Source: Candidatus Bathyarchaeia archaeon (lineage in GTDB: Archaea > Thermoproteota > Bathyarchaeia > Bathyarchaeales > Bathycorpusculaceae). From it: a DNA stretch of 64,000 nt. The first letter of the stretch is position 1; every line of letters starts with the position of its first letter. Under the pieces are notes generated by a model that ran no database searches, had not been told where the DNA came from, and worked only from the letters and a program-made list of their open reading frames with translations. This document shows, piece after piece, positions 1 through 8,996 of the stretch. The DNA is taken from positions 32,001 to 96,000 of the forward strand of contig JBEKHN010000002.1 in assembly GCA_050012255.1 (NCBI GenBank), written 5' to 3'. The position numbers and the translations under genes were made by a program.

Positions 1-70
1 GTAACCAGTAGACTTTCCAATCCTTGCCTCGGAGTGCGTACTCAAACTCGGTTTCGCCCTCAGTGTTCAA
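1..70 (-). CDS. 5' part of a winged-HTH regulator, runs off the window edge
   Basis: Manual translation from TTG at 70 gives MNTEGETEFEYALRGKDWKVYWL, resembling LxGKTxxVYW wHTH N-termini. A TATA-like TTATAA lies at about 114-119. Confidence 0.55.
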   Translation of the reverse strand, partial: MNTEGETEFEYALRGKDWKVYWL

Positions 71-569
71 GGCTCAGCACGCTTCAGCAGCATAGTACTA
101 GTTAGACGGTGCTTATAATTCCAATTTCTGGAACATGCACCATTGCAGCCTAGCGTGACAGAGTTACTAAGGTCTATTTTTGCTGTTTCGCGCGGGTAGC
201 ATACGCTGCATCCCTGTATTCGCGTTTTCACCTCGTCTATTTCACCCTCCCCCTAGGGTACTAGTACTACACGCAGGCGCTGGTGAAGGTCCTACGGGAT
301 TTGTAGGGGCATGAAGCTGAGCACGTGCCGAGGACTCGAAGAAGAGCCTAGGCAAGGTAGTTCCTGAGCAATGCTGACACGTCTGCCCTTCCTCCTAGGT
401 GTGCTCCTCGCTGGTCCTTCTTTTGCGACAAGTACTGCTGAGGCGGGCTTAAGCTTAGGTTGATCGAGTTTTGTCGCTGGTTGTGTCGTCATTTCCATAT
501 GATGAGTGTAAGTGTCACGGAGGAGCATCATTAGTGTGTTTTTGAAAATCTCCCTTAGTCAGCTTCTTG

Positions 570-1430
570 TCACCTTGCAGCGCCGATAATGAATGCCAGC
601 AACCCGATGATGAACCATAGGAGCACGGTGTTCTTGATTCTTCTGCTGTTTTCTCTTGAATGGTTTCTGAGCAGCATGAGAGACGACGCTGCGAGTCCGA
701 TGTCTGTGACAGCGACCAGTGGAATGAACCAGATGGAGACGATGCCGAGAAGCCACGGCGTCGGGCTCAAGCCTACTGCGGAGAGATAGAACAGTGCTGC
801 GGCAACGGCTGCGTTTTTTTCTCCGTACTGCACGGCGAGGGTTTTCACGTTCTGCGTCCTGTCGCCTTGCACGTCCACGATGCCCTTGGTTATCTCCCTT
901 CCAGTGATTGAAAGAAAGACTATGGAAGCGAAGAGGAGCACGTTCAACCTAAGTCCGTTAGATATGGCCACGCTTCCGTATACAAACGGTATTGATACGC
1001 AGAGGCTGACGAGGAGGTTGCCGGGCAGTCCGCTTCGTTTTCCGACAGTTGTGTACCCTACTGAAATGATCCAGGCAATTATGGCCGTTGGAAGACAGAG
1101 GGGGTACGCTGTGTTCGTCAGGTACGCCGTGACGAGACCTACCATGGTAAGGATAAGTGCAAAGACCAAGGCTTCTCTCGGTTTGACCAGACCGCTTGGA
1201 ATGGGGCGGCTAGGCTCGTTTATGGAGTCTATCTTCCTGTCGTAGTAATCGTTTATTGCCATCGAGGCCGCGGTAAGCGTGAAGCCGGTGATGAAACCGT
1301 AGACAAGGCTCGGCCAAGCTGCGTTCATGCTCCTTAGGCTGGCAAGGCTTGCACCGACTATTACGGCGAGGCCCATCATGAAGCAGTTTATGGGCCGCAT
1401 TAGACGCAGGTAGCCGCCGAGTTTTCTCAT
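570..1430 (-). CDS. Digeranylgeranylglyceryl-phosphate synthase (UbiA family)
   Basis: LMRP start, NDYYDRKIDSINEPSRPIPSG and REITKGIVDVQGD motifs, multi-TM. Confidence 0.9.
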   Translation of the reverse strand: MRKLGGYLRLMRPINCFMMGLAVIVGASLASLRSMNAAWPSLVYGFITGFTLTAASMAINDYYDRKIDSINEPSRPIPSGLVKPREALVFALILTMVGLVTAYLTNTAYPLCLPTAIIAWIISVGYTTVGKRSGLPGNLLVSLCVSIPFVYGSVAISNGLRLNVLLFASIVFLSITGREITKGIVDVQGDRTQNVKTLAVQYGEKNAAVAAALFYLSAVGLSPTPWLLGIVSIWFIPLVAVTDIGLAASSLMLLRNHSRENSRRIKNTVLLWFIIGLLAFIIGAAR

Positions 1431-1519
1431 GTTCTCAAGTCTCGCAGTAACATAATGGTTTTCTTCTAAGGTAAGTTATAAAACTCGCGTCTGGCCTCAA
1501 AAGTTTAATACGCTTAGCG

Positions 1520-2827
1520 TTGATAACTCATTCAAAAGCTTGTTGGTGTAGATCCTTGCGCGACAACTACGCTCTGGAAAGGTTAAGGGTGATAATACCG
1601 GTTGGGGGAAAAGCCACGCGTCTGTTGCCCCTCACGGCCGAGACGAGCAAAGCGTGCATTCGTTTGCTGAACAGGCCTCTGATAGATTTTTCGCTGCTGC
1701 CCCTTGCGCGTCAAGGTATTAGAAACTTCATTTTCGGTGTTAAGGGTTACACGAACTACAGGGATCTGCACGATTATTTTGAGTCGGGTTACGGTTTTTC
1801 TGCGAGGTACGGTCTAGAGCCGCGTGTTCACATAAAGTATCAGCCGAACGTTGAAGACCTTGGCAGCGCCGACTCTGCGAGCATAAACATGGAGTACTAC
1901 AGCGTCGAAGACCCAGTGTTTGCGGTGCAGGGCGACAACATTTTTGACGTGAACGTGAAGGAGCTCGTGGATTTTCATCAGAAGAAGGGCGCAGTGATGA
2001 CCATCGCGTTGAGGAAGGTTGAGAACGTCGAAGGATACGGCATAGCTGACATAAACAAGGACATGAGAATCTCCAGATTCGTCGAGAAACCGGCGCCTAA
2101 GGATGCTCCCTCAGACCTCGCCAACACAGGTCTGTACATGGTTTCTCCCGAGATAAGGAAAATATTCAAGGAGAAAGGGGTCAAGCAGTTAATCAAGGAG
2201 ACGCATCGTCTCGACTTTGGCTACGACTTCATACCCTACCTGATCAGCACCGGGCGGCCAGTGTACGGTTACACGCTGGAAGGAAGCTGGTACGATGTTG
2301 GCACTCCCAGACGCTACCTCGAAGCGATGAAGGACATGCTTGACGGAAAGTTCGCTTCACTAACCGACTTCGGCGGAAGACTAAGCGAGGAGAAGAGAAT
2401 ATGGGTTCAGGGGGAAAGCGTCGAATCGATGAGAAGAAGGCAGGAAATAATCAGGAAGATCAAGACGGGCAAGATCGAGGTTGAAGGCTCTGTCCTCATA
2501 GGCAGACACTGCAAGATCAGCGACGGCGTCAGAATAGTGAATTCGTGCATCGACAACTACACGCAGATAGGCAAAGACGTTGAGATAGAGGACTCTGCAG
2601 TCATGGACCGAGTCATAATCGGGGACAAGACGACCATAAAGGACAGCATCGTGGGGCGGCATGTGACAGTTTCTTCAAGCTCTCGAAAACCGACAAAGAT
2701 ACAATCTGTCTCGGTCATAGCTGACGACGTAATAGTTGATCAGGGTTGCACATTGACTGCAACGAAGATCTACCCACACCAATACGTCAGAGGGCAATTC
2801 GAAAACCAGACTTTGATGACAGGCTGA
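1520..2827 (+). CDS. Sugar-phosphate nucleotidyltransferase with C-terminal beta-helix (ManC/GlgC-like)
   Basis: GGKATRLLPLT, FVEKP, WYDVGT and hexapeptide repeats. True start probably downstream of 1520. Confidence 0.85.
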   Translation: MITHSKACWCRSLRDNYALERLRVIIPVGGKATRLLPLTAETSKACIRLLNRPLIDFSLLPLARQGIRNFIFGVKGYTNYRDLHDYFESGYGFSARYGLEPRVHIKYQPNVEDLGSADSASINMEYYSVEDPVFAVQGDNIFDVNVKELVDFHQKKGAVMTIALRKVENVEGYGIADINKDMRISRFVEKPAPKDAPSDLANTGLYMVSPEIRKIFKEKGVKQLIKETHRLDFGYDFIPYLISTGRPVYGYTLEGSWYDVGTPRRYLEAMKDMLDGKFASLTDFGGRLSEEKRIWVQGESVESMRRRQEIIRKIKTGKIEVEGSVLIGRHCKISDGVRIVNSCIDNYTQIGKDVEIEDSAVMDRVIIGDKTTIKDSIVGRHVTVSSSSRKPTKIQSVSVIADDVIVDQGCTLTATKIYPHQYVRGQFENQTLMTG

Positions 2828-2932
2828 AAACCGTGCTTCCTAAACATTCTACGACATGACGCTTGATAACCGTTCAAAGTCAGCGGCAGCTCTATTTATT
2901 GGAAGTTGCCTCAAGAATTGTTGGACCGAAGA

Positions 2933-3403
2933 ATGAACTTTGACCTGTCAGAGATCAGAAAGAAGACGGTTTCCGTAGGTCAGTATATCGATAGCTTGGA
3001 GCAGCCGTTTAAGGAGAAGTTCTTAAAGAGAAAACAAGCGTACAAGTTGCAGCCGCAAGCGGTTGGTCAGCTGAGAAGATTCGCGGAAAAGTACGTGGCA
3101 ATCGTCTTTTCAGCCTCATGGTGCAAGGACTGCGCGGAATACATCCCCGTGTTATCCTTGATATCTGAAGCCACGGGGTTGGAAGTCAGAGTGTTCGGAG
3201 GGCTAATGAAAGACCCGCTCAGCCAGGTTTGTAAATGGAGGATTCCACCTTCTCCGCCTGAAGTCGTAACGTTTGAAGTTGACAAGATTCCATTGATAAT
3301 AATAGTTGACCTTTACGGTAAAGAAATAGGCAGAGTAATTGAGTCTCCCAAGAGATGGCCCACTCTAGAACAGGAGCTTTACGAAATCATTAAATCCCAC
3401 TAA
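2933..3403 (+). CDS. Thioredoxin-family protein
   Basis: SASWCKDC motif and IP..GKEIGR..ESP. ATG 2933 preferred over TTG 2906. Confidence 0.8.
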   Translation: MNFDLSEIRKKTVSVGQYIDSLEQPFKEKFLKRKQAYKLQPQAVGQLRRFAEKYVAIVFSASWCKDCAEYIPVLSLISEATGLEVRVFGGLMKDPLSQVCKWRIPPSPPEVVTFEVDKIPLIIIVDLYGKEIGRVIESPKRWPTLEQELYEIIKSH

Positions 3404-3572
3404 CCTTCGCTTCTCGCAATACTGCCCAAGCTTCGCCTCGGTAGTAGTGAAGATCAGTGCCGCAGATGCTGCAAGCTTTAAACCTCACCAAGACATCGTT
3501 CTGACCTGACGTTGGCTCAGGTACATCATCGACTCCTATGGTTTTTCGTTCCGTGTAGACAACGGCTTTCAT
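3390..3572 (-). pseudogene. N-terminal fragment of a Zn-dependent (MDR) dehydrogenase
   Basis: MKAVVY..VPEP..DVLVR..CSICGTDLH, then stops at 60 aa before the GHE motif. Confidence 0.75.
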
Positions 3573-3866
3573 TTAAGGCCATGCTATCCTATGCACAGAA
3601 TCTCTGCCCTTGAAGGCATTCCCAGGCATCACTTAAGTATTTCTTTGGTCGGTTCTGTAACTCTTCGGGTTCTAAAGATATTTTGGGGAGATCTGTTAGC
3701 TGGCAGGGTTTTTTCGCATGAACGAGCCAAAACGTGAGTCTTTTGCAATTTTAAACGATAGTACCCAATGGCTGAATCCCTTGAAAAAAAGTTCCTCAAA
3801 ACTTAAATATTAGAAAAGAAAGATTATTCTAATGCTGGGAGTCAGTATAATCAGGGGATCCCTAGC

Positions 3867-5228
3867 TTGTTCAAACACAAGTTTGGCAGAGCTGCGCTTA
3901 TCATTGCACTCCTGGTGGGAGCTGTGTTTTGCTATGCCCCAAGTTCACGCCTAGTTTATGGCTCCTCGGACAACTCCCTTTTCAGAATTGCCCCATGGCC
4001 TTCACATGAGGCACAACTATTCGGGGATTCCGTGTTACTCAGCGACCGCGTTTTTCCCTTAACGGTATACATCGTAAGCTTGCCAGACGTTGGAAACGTC
4101 GTACTAACAAACCATTCGGCAATCCTGGACGGAGTACTCAGGGCAGTGCAGATTCATCCCAGCAACAGCAGCGTCCAGGAACTCGTCTTGCTGCTGGGTG
4201 AAGTCGGGCTGGGTGTGGGTGAGGGGCTAAAGGCGGCACTCAACGTCAGCGTCTCCTACGTCCTGGTCCAGGACTGGGCCACCTACAAGACGATCCTGGA
4301 ACAGGGAAACGACACGATTATAGTCAACACCCACGACCAGTACCTGCCCGTCCCAGACGGGTACACGAAGGAGCAGTGGGTCGGCGAGATCGCTGACTTC
4401 ATGCTGAACCGCTGGGGAACATGGGTTCACATCGGCGGCTACCCCTTCTACAACGTCTGGTACCAGAACGGAACAACCGAACAATGGGGCCCAGCAGGCT
4501 ACTCAAGAATGATGAGCCACATAGGAGAACCGAACGCCACGTGCTACCCCGCCGAGACGTACGCTACTTCGACTGACCCAGCCCAGTTGCGCGAGAAAAC
4601 CTACCTGATGAAGTCACTCGAAGGCAGTTGGGATTTCTTTCCCGCCGGATGCGGTGAGGCTGATGTGGGGTATCCGGTAAAGTTCGCTGACTTCAACGAC
4701 AGCCGTTTCGATGGTTCCATGTTCGGCTATGCAGTTGATGGTCATGCGGCTGAGGCTTTTGCCCAAAGCGCTTCGAGCTTCAACTTCGGCGTGTACGTCC
4801 ATCTTGGGACTTCCACTTTCTACGGCGATACGGGCCTCAAGACGAAACCAGACTTCCCAGCAGGCTTTATTCCGACGGCCACCGCTATCTCCGTTGAATA
4901 CAGGCTCATAAACATGTTGTACGGGTCTCAAGGCAACAGTGCATCCGAACAGATACAAAAGGCTATTAACGAAGGCAGAACGTTCGGACTGGACACAGCG
5001 ACGGAACTCTTTCAGAAGGCTCAAGACTGCTACGCGGCTGGAGAATACAAGATGGCATGGTCCTACGCTTCCGAAGCTGCGAGTGCCGCTGCCTCCTCTT
5101 CAAAAGGATCCATCATGCCGTTGGCATTTGTCGGCGTCTCTTTAATCCTTACGGGCGTAGTAATCGTGACTGCTGAGGCGTATCGTAAACATAATGGGAA
5201 GAAGCCGCGAAGCGACGAGGAGACGTAA
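3867..5228 (+). CDS. Secreted protein with C-terminal membrane anchor, paralog of the N-terminal domain of the next gene
   Basis: Signal peptide, C-terminal TM plus basic tail. Shares IIVNTH..YLPVP, WVHxGGY.FY and GVYVHLG with 5230..8490. Confidence 0.8.
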   Translation: MFKHKFGRAALIIALLVGAVFCYAPSSRLVYGSSDNSLFRIAPWPSHEAQLFGDSVLLSDRVFPLTVYIVSLPDVGNVVLTNHSAILDGVLRAVQIHPSNSSVQELVLLLGEVGLGVGEGLKAALNVSVSYVLVQDWATYKTILEQGNDTIIVNTHDQYLPVPDGYTKEQWVGEIADFMLNRWGTWVHIGGYPFYNVWYQNGTTEQWGPAGYSRMMSHIGEPNATCYPAETYATSTDPAQLREKTYLMKSLEGSWDFFPAGCGEADVGYPVKFADFNDSRFDGSMFGYAVDGHAAEAFAQSASSFNFGVYVHLGTSTFYGDTGLKTKPDFPAGFIPTATAISVEYRLINMLYGSQGNSASEQIQKAINEGRTFGLDTATELFQKAQDCYAAGEYKMAWSYASEAASAAASSSKGSIMPLAFVGVSLILTGVVIVTAEAYRKHNGKKPRSDEET

Positions 5229-5229
5229 A

Positions 5230-8200
5230 TTGAGGGGAACAAGGTGTCTTTTCTTGGTTGCACTGATCCTCATTCCCATTTTTGTCCCCTTTGCAGTAAT
5301 TCTTCCAGAGGCTAAGGCTTCTTCCGGCGAAGCAGATGTGTACATACTTGAATTGAGTAGCGTCCCAGCCGAAGCCGATGGGGTCGCGATTAATCAAACG
5401 CAGGTCCAAATGGGAGCCATCAACGCTTGTTTGCCAAACGGCCCAACTATAAACTTGAACCTTCCGGCAGTTCATCCGGAAGCCAATGGCTATAACCCTT
5501 ACTATCAGGCGACTGCCGAAGTGGTCACGACATGGACCGAGTACGAGCAGATAGTGCTCAGCTCCGTCGGCAAGATAATCGTCAACACTCACGGGGATTA
5601 CCTGCCGGTTCCCAGCGACTACAACAAGAGGGCGTGGGTTGACACGATAGCAGAAGCCATGGCAACCAGGCGACTCTCATGGGTACATTGTGGGGGATAC
5701 ACGTTCTACGAGGTCTACGACGAAAACGGCACCAACGAAGGCAACTGGACTGAAACAGTGAATGGAGCGGTGCTGGGAGCCGGGTTCGACCAGCTTATGA
5801 GTCACATAGGAATTCAAAACGCCAATATCACCACACCGCCAGGCGCGGGTATCGGTGGTGGTACAGCTGCGGAGGTTGGGATAGACACAACGCAGGAACC
5901 CGCAACGGATTGGGCAGGACTTGGCGGTGGGATTTCCGAATATGTTGAGAACCCCCTCAGAGAGGACCAATTTCTCAACCGCGTGAACTCGACCTTTTTT
6001 CACCCTTGGCCGGGAAAAGACGGCCAGATATACATGCCAGGGGGAGTCGTGTCTTTTGCTGAAACGAACGTGAGGAACGCCTCAGCTCAAGGAGCGGGAG
6101 TCTACGTTCATCTAGGAGTCGGAGGAGAAAGTAGTAGTGACTACTGGAACGGATATATCGGGACGGCCGCGGCTTTATTGCCAGAATGTTGGACTTTTGG
6201 AGGACAGACGGATGCCAAACAAGTGAACTATGGTGTTTCAATCTTCAACGCGACAATAGGTGTGGAGCCCGTTATCACTCGTGTGCAGCATGACAACACC
6301 GACATCTCGTTTGATATGGTGTTCGGAATTTATGGAGCGACACAAAATGATCAGGTGCAGTTCTCCGGATGGTGGTTCGCCTGGGCGCAGGGGAGCCATT
6401 CATATGAGCCAAGCTTTTGGTTGGACCTACCAGATAACAACTGGTCAGATGTTTGGACGCAAGCTGATGCAATCCAATCAGGAGGCTCCGGAGGAGGTGG
6501 ATTGGGTATATTACCTCCTTTGATTGATGGCACAATGTGGTTCGTGAGTTTGCCTGGTTTGTTGACTGGTCCGATTGGCGGCATTGCCTCAGGTATTCTG
6601 TGGGGGATTGGCGGTTTGCAGCTGTTGGCCCAATGGGCCATGCAAGGGGCTGATTACACACAGGGAGTCAACCAGCCCGATCATGGGTGCTATTTTAATT
6701 TTTGGCCAGGTGAGACCGATACCGTCAACAATGGGGTTGATTACTATGAGTTTGAGACATTTGTGGGAGTCCATGTCACGATACCGCGCGCACACAGTCC
6801 GGCAAGAACCGGATGGATGACTTTTCCCCTTCACTATAACATTTCAGCATGCCCAAATTGGCATGATGCGGGCCCAACGCTCTCAGTGGCCGACACTCTG
6901 CAGATAGCAGTCTATTTCGGTAACGGCGGTCAATCAGACGCAGGAAGTGGCCGCGATACTGGCCACTCCTACAACGATCCCAACGTCGTAAATGTGATGC
7001 CCAATACGAACTTCCACGGGTATCTAGAGGGCTACCCGCCGGACAATGAGGATTGGTACAGTTTCAGCTTCAGCGACAGCAACAAGAAGGAAATCTACTT
7101 TGACATGACTCCGCCGAGCTACGTCGATTTCAATCTTCAACTCTACAATTCGGATGGTTCGCCCAATGGGCTCGTTGCCTCGTCGAACAACCCAGCTGGC
7201 CAGGCAGAACACGTGGAGACGTACAGCAACTTGACTGGACCTTGGTACGTCAGGATCTACCCTGGTTCAGACCCTGATTCAATATCCCACTCAGGTGTAT
7301 ACTCATGCTCGTTAAGCAGCCTCAAGGGTGACATAAACCTTGACGGCACAGTTGACATCTACGACGCCATCAAACTTGAAGGAGCGTTCAACTCCAACAG
7401 CGGTGATCCGCGTTTTAGCCCCTGCGCAGACATCAATGGCGACGGCACGGTAGACATTTATGACGCTATCATACTAGCTGCCAATTTTGGAAAATCCTAC
7501 CAAGCTGGGAAAGGCATGTCTAGTCAAAAGTTGCTTGCCGGGACAATGACTCAAGGCGGAGCTAGTGTCCTCGTGAACCCGAGCCAGCTCACCGTGTTCA
7601 AGGGCGAAGTCTTCGCGGTCAACGTGAAAGTAACGGGCGTTACAGACCTGCAGGGCTGGGAGTTTAAGCTCTACTGGAACAGCACCGTGCTCAACTGCAC
7701 GAACGTCGTCGTCCAAACTCCATCCGAGTGGCAGAACAACACGCAGAATTACGGTTCAGGCCTAGAGCCCACCTACAACGCTACGCACGCGCGGTATTGG
7801 CAGGCTCAAGCCGCCGCTTACCCAGCGTCGTCATTCAACGGGTCCATGACAATCGCAACCCTAACGTTCCAAGCACTGCAGCCCGGAACCACGTCTCTGA
7901 CACTGGCAGACGTCAAGCTCGGAAACAGCACGGCCGAACCCATAGCCTGCAGCGTGTCAAGCGGCTCCGTAAACGTCTACTATGGCCGGTACATGCGCAG
8001 CGACACCCAAACCGTCAACGGCCTAAATGCCTACGTCCTGAACATTCCAGAGTCAACCAGCAGCGCCTCCTTCACGCAGTCTGGAAGCGGACATGGAGCC
8101 TCTTGGGGCATAAGAGCTTGGGTCCGTCACTCGAACGGCGTTGAACAGGAGATAAGCTTGGACGGTCAGACGGGAACGCCGAAGGCCGTGGTGGGGAGAA

Positions 8201-8490
8201 GCAGTGGGTCGGGCATAGAGAGCGGCACGGTCTCAGTGGCTCAAACAGCCTTGCAGCAGACAGACTCCCTCGTCATACGCGTCTACGTGCAAGTCGGCGG
8301 GTCAGGCTGGACTCTGTGCGCAACCTTCACAACCGAACAGCTCCAAGCCACAACCCTCCAAGCAACAACCGGGACAGTCTACTACTACACGTACGCCTCC
8401 TACCTCCGACCTTACAACTGGACAACATCCACGTTCTACTGGGGAACCACCACCTACAACAGCCAAATACAAAACCTCCAATACACTTAG
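5230..8490 (+). CDS. Large secreted modular protein: shared N-domain, hydrophobic hairpin, PPC-like domain, dockerin, cohesin, C-terminal domain
   Basis: TTG 5230 lies 1 nt after the upstream stop, followed by a signal peptide. Dockerin GDINLDGTVDIYDA..ADINGDGTVDIYDAIILAANFG at about 7324-7494. Cohesin-like VNVKVTGVTDLQGWEFKLYWNSTVL..IATLTFQA at about 7560-7980. Confidence 0.85.
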   Translation: MRGTRCLFLVALILIPIFVPFAVILPEAKASSGEADVYILELSSVPAEADGVAINQTQVQMGAINACLPNGPTINLNLPAVHPEANGYNPYYQATAEVVTTWTEYEQIVLSSVGKIIVNTHGDYLPVPSDYNKRAWVDTIAEAMATRRLSWVHCGGYTFYEVYDENGTNEGNWTETVNGAVLGAGFDQLMSHIGIQNANITTPPGAGIGGGTAAEVGIDTTQEPATDWAGLGGGISEYVENPLREDQFLNRVNSTFFHPWPGKDGQIYMPGGVVSFAETNVRNASAQGAGVYVHLGVGGESSSDYWNGYIGTAAALLPECWTFGGQTDAKQVNYGVSIFNATIGVEPVITRVQHDNTDISFDMVFGIYGATQNDQVQFSGWWFAWAQGSHSYEPSFWLDLPDNNWSDVWTQADAIQSGGSGGGGLGILPPLIDGTMWFVSLPGLLTGPIGGIASGILWGIGGLQLLAQWAMQGADYTQGVNQPDHGCYFNFWPGETDTVNNGVDYYEFETFVGVHVTIPRAHSPARTGWMTFPLHYNISACPNWHDAGPTLSVADTLQIAVYFGNGGQSDAGSGRDTGHSYNDPNVVNVMPNTNFHGYLEGYPPDNEDWYSFSFSDSNKKEIYFDMTPPSYVDFNLQLYNSDGSPNGLVASSNNPAGQAEHVETYSNLTGPWYVRIYPGSDPDSISHSGVYSCSLSSLKGDINLDGTVDIYDAIKLEGAFNSNSGDPRFSPCADINGDGTVDIYDAIILAANFGKSYQAGKGMSSQKLLAGTMTQGGASVLVNPSQLTVFKGEVFAVNVKVTGVTDLQGWEFKLYWNSTVLNCTNVVVQTPSEWQNNTQNYGSGLEPTYNATHARYWQAQAAAYPASSFNGSMTIATLTFQALQPGTTSLTLADVKLGNSTAEPIACSVSSGSVNVYYGRYMRSDTQTVNGLNAYVLNIPESTSSASFTQSGSGHGASWGIRAWVRHSNGVEQEISLDGQTGTPKAVVGRSSGSGIESGTVSVAQTALQQTDSLVIRVYVQVGGSGWTLCATFTTEQLQATTLQATTGTVYYYTYASYLRPYNWTTSTFYWGTTTYNSQIQNLQYT

Positions 8491-8585
8491 ACGCCAATTT
8501 AGACAGAATAGATGGAACGGAAACAGCCAAAAACAATCGGGTGGACAGAAAATAGCCATCTGAACAAGTGGGGCACCCTTTTGCT

Positions 8586-8627
8586 GGTAAATTGGTGCTG
8601 AAATCCCTTCCCCGGCACCATTTTACC
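8586..8627 (+). repeat. Imperfect inverted repeat containing a tRNA-3'-end-like fragment
   Basis: Arms GGTAAATTGGTGCTG and CGGCACCATTTTACC. AAATCCCTTCCCCGGCACCA at 8601-8620 resembles T-arm, acceptor strand and CCA. Confidence 0.5.
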
Positions 8628-8794
8628 GTTTGAAAGGCGATTCTAGACTATTTTGGGTGCTGGGCTTTCTAGGTTTTGCCGTGCCGCCTTAAGTGACCAG
8701 TGGGATCACTCTCACAGATGCTGTGTTTTACTAGTATCTTGTGCGGGCGTCGATATCGCCTAGTTGTTGACAAGCACAAGTTCTCTGGGGGTTG

Positions 8795-8974
8795 TCAGCA
8801 ACAGCAACAATCATCGTCGTCCTCGGAATCTTTGTCAGCAAATCTTCGCGGGTTTTTTTCAAACACTTCCTTGCAGGATTGATTACAGAAGTAGTAGGTT
8901 TTCCCATCGTATTCAGATTTCAATGTTGCTGTTTTCTCATCTACGTTCATTCCGCAAACTGGATCCTTTACCAT
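8795..8974 (-). CDS. YHS/TRASH copper chaperone-like protein with DDDDCCCC tail
   Basis: KDPVCGM..YYFCNQSC, with a GGAGGTGA RBS upstream of ATG 8974. Confidence 0.85.
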   Translation of the reverse strand: MVKDPVCGMNVDEKTATLKSEYDGKTYYFCNQSCKEVFEKNPRRFADKDSEDDDDCCCC

Positions 8975-8996
8975 GCTTATCTTCACCTCCCTCAGT

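Noticed and set aside
130-560. ORF 292..531 or a decayed membrane gene on the plus strand
   Set aside because: Hydrophobic fragments broken by many stops, with no recognisable family.
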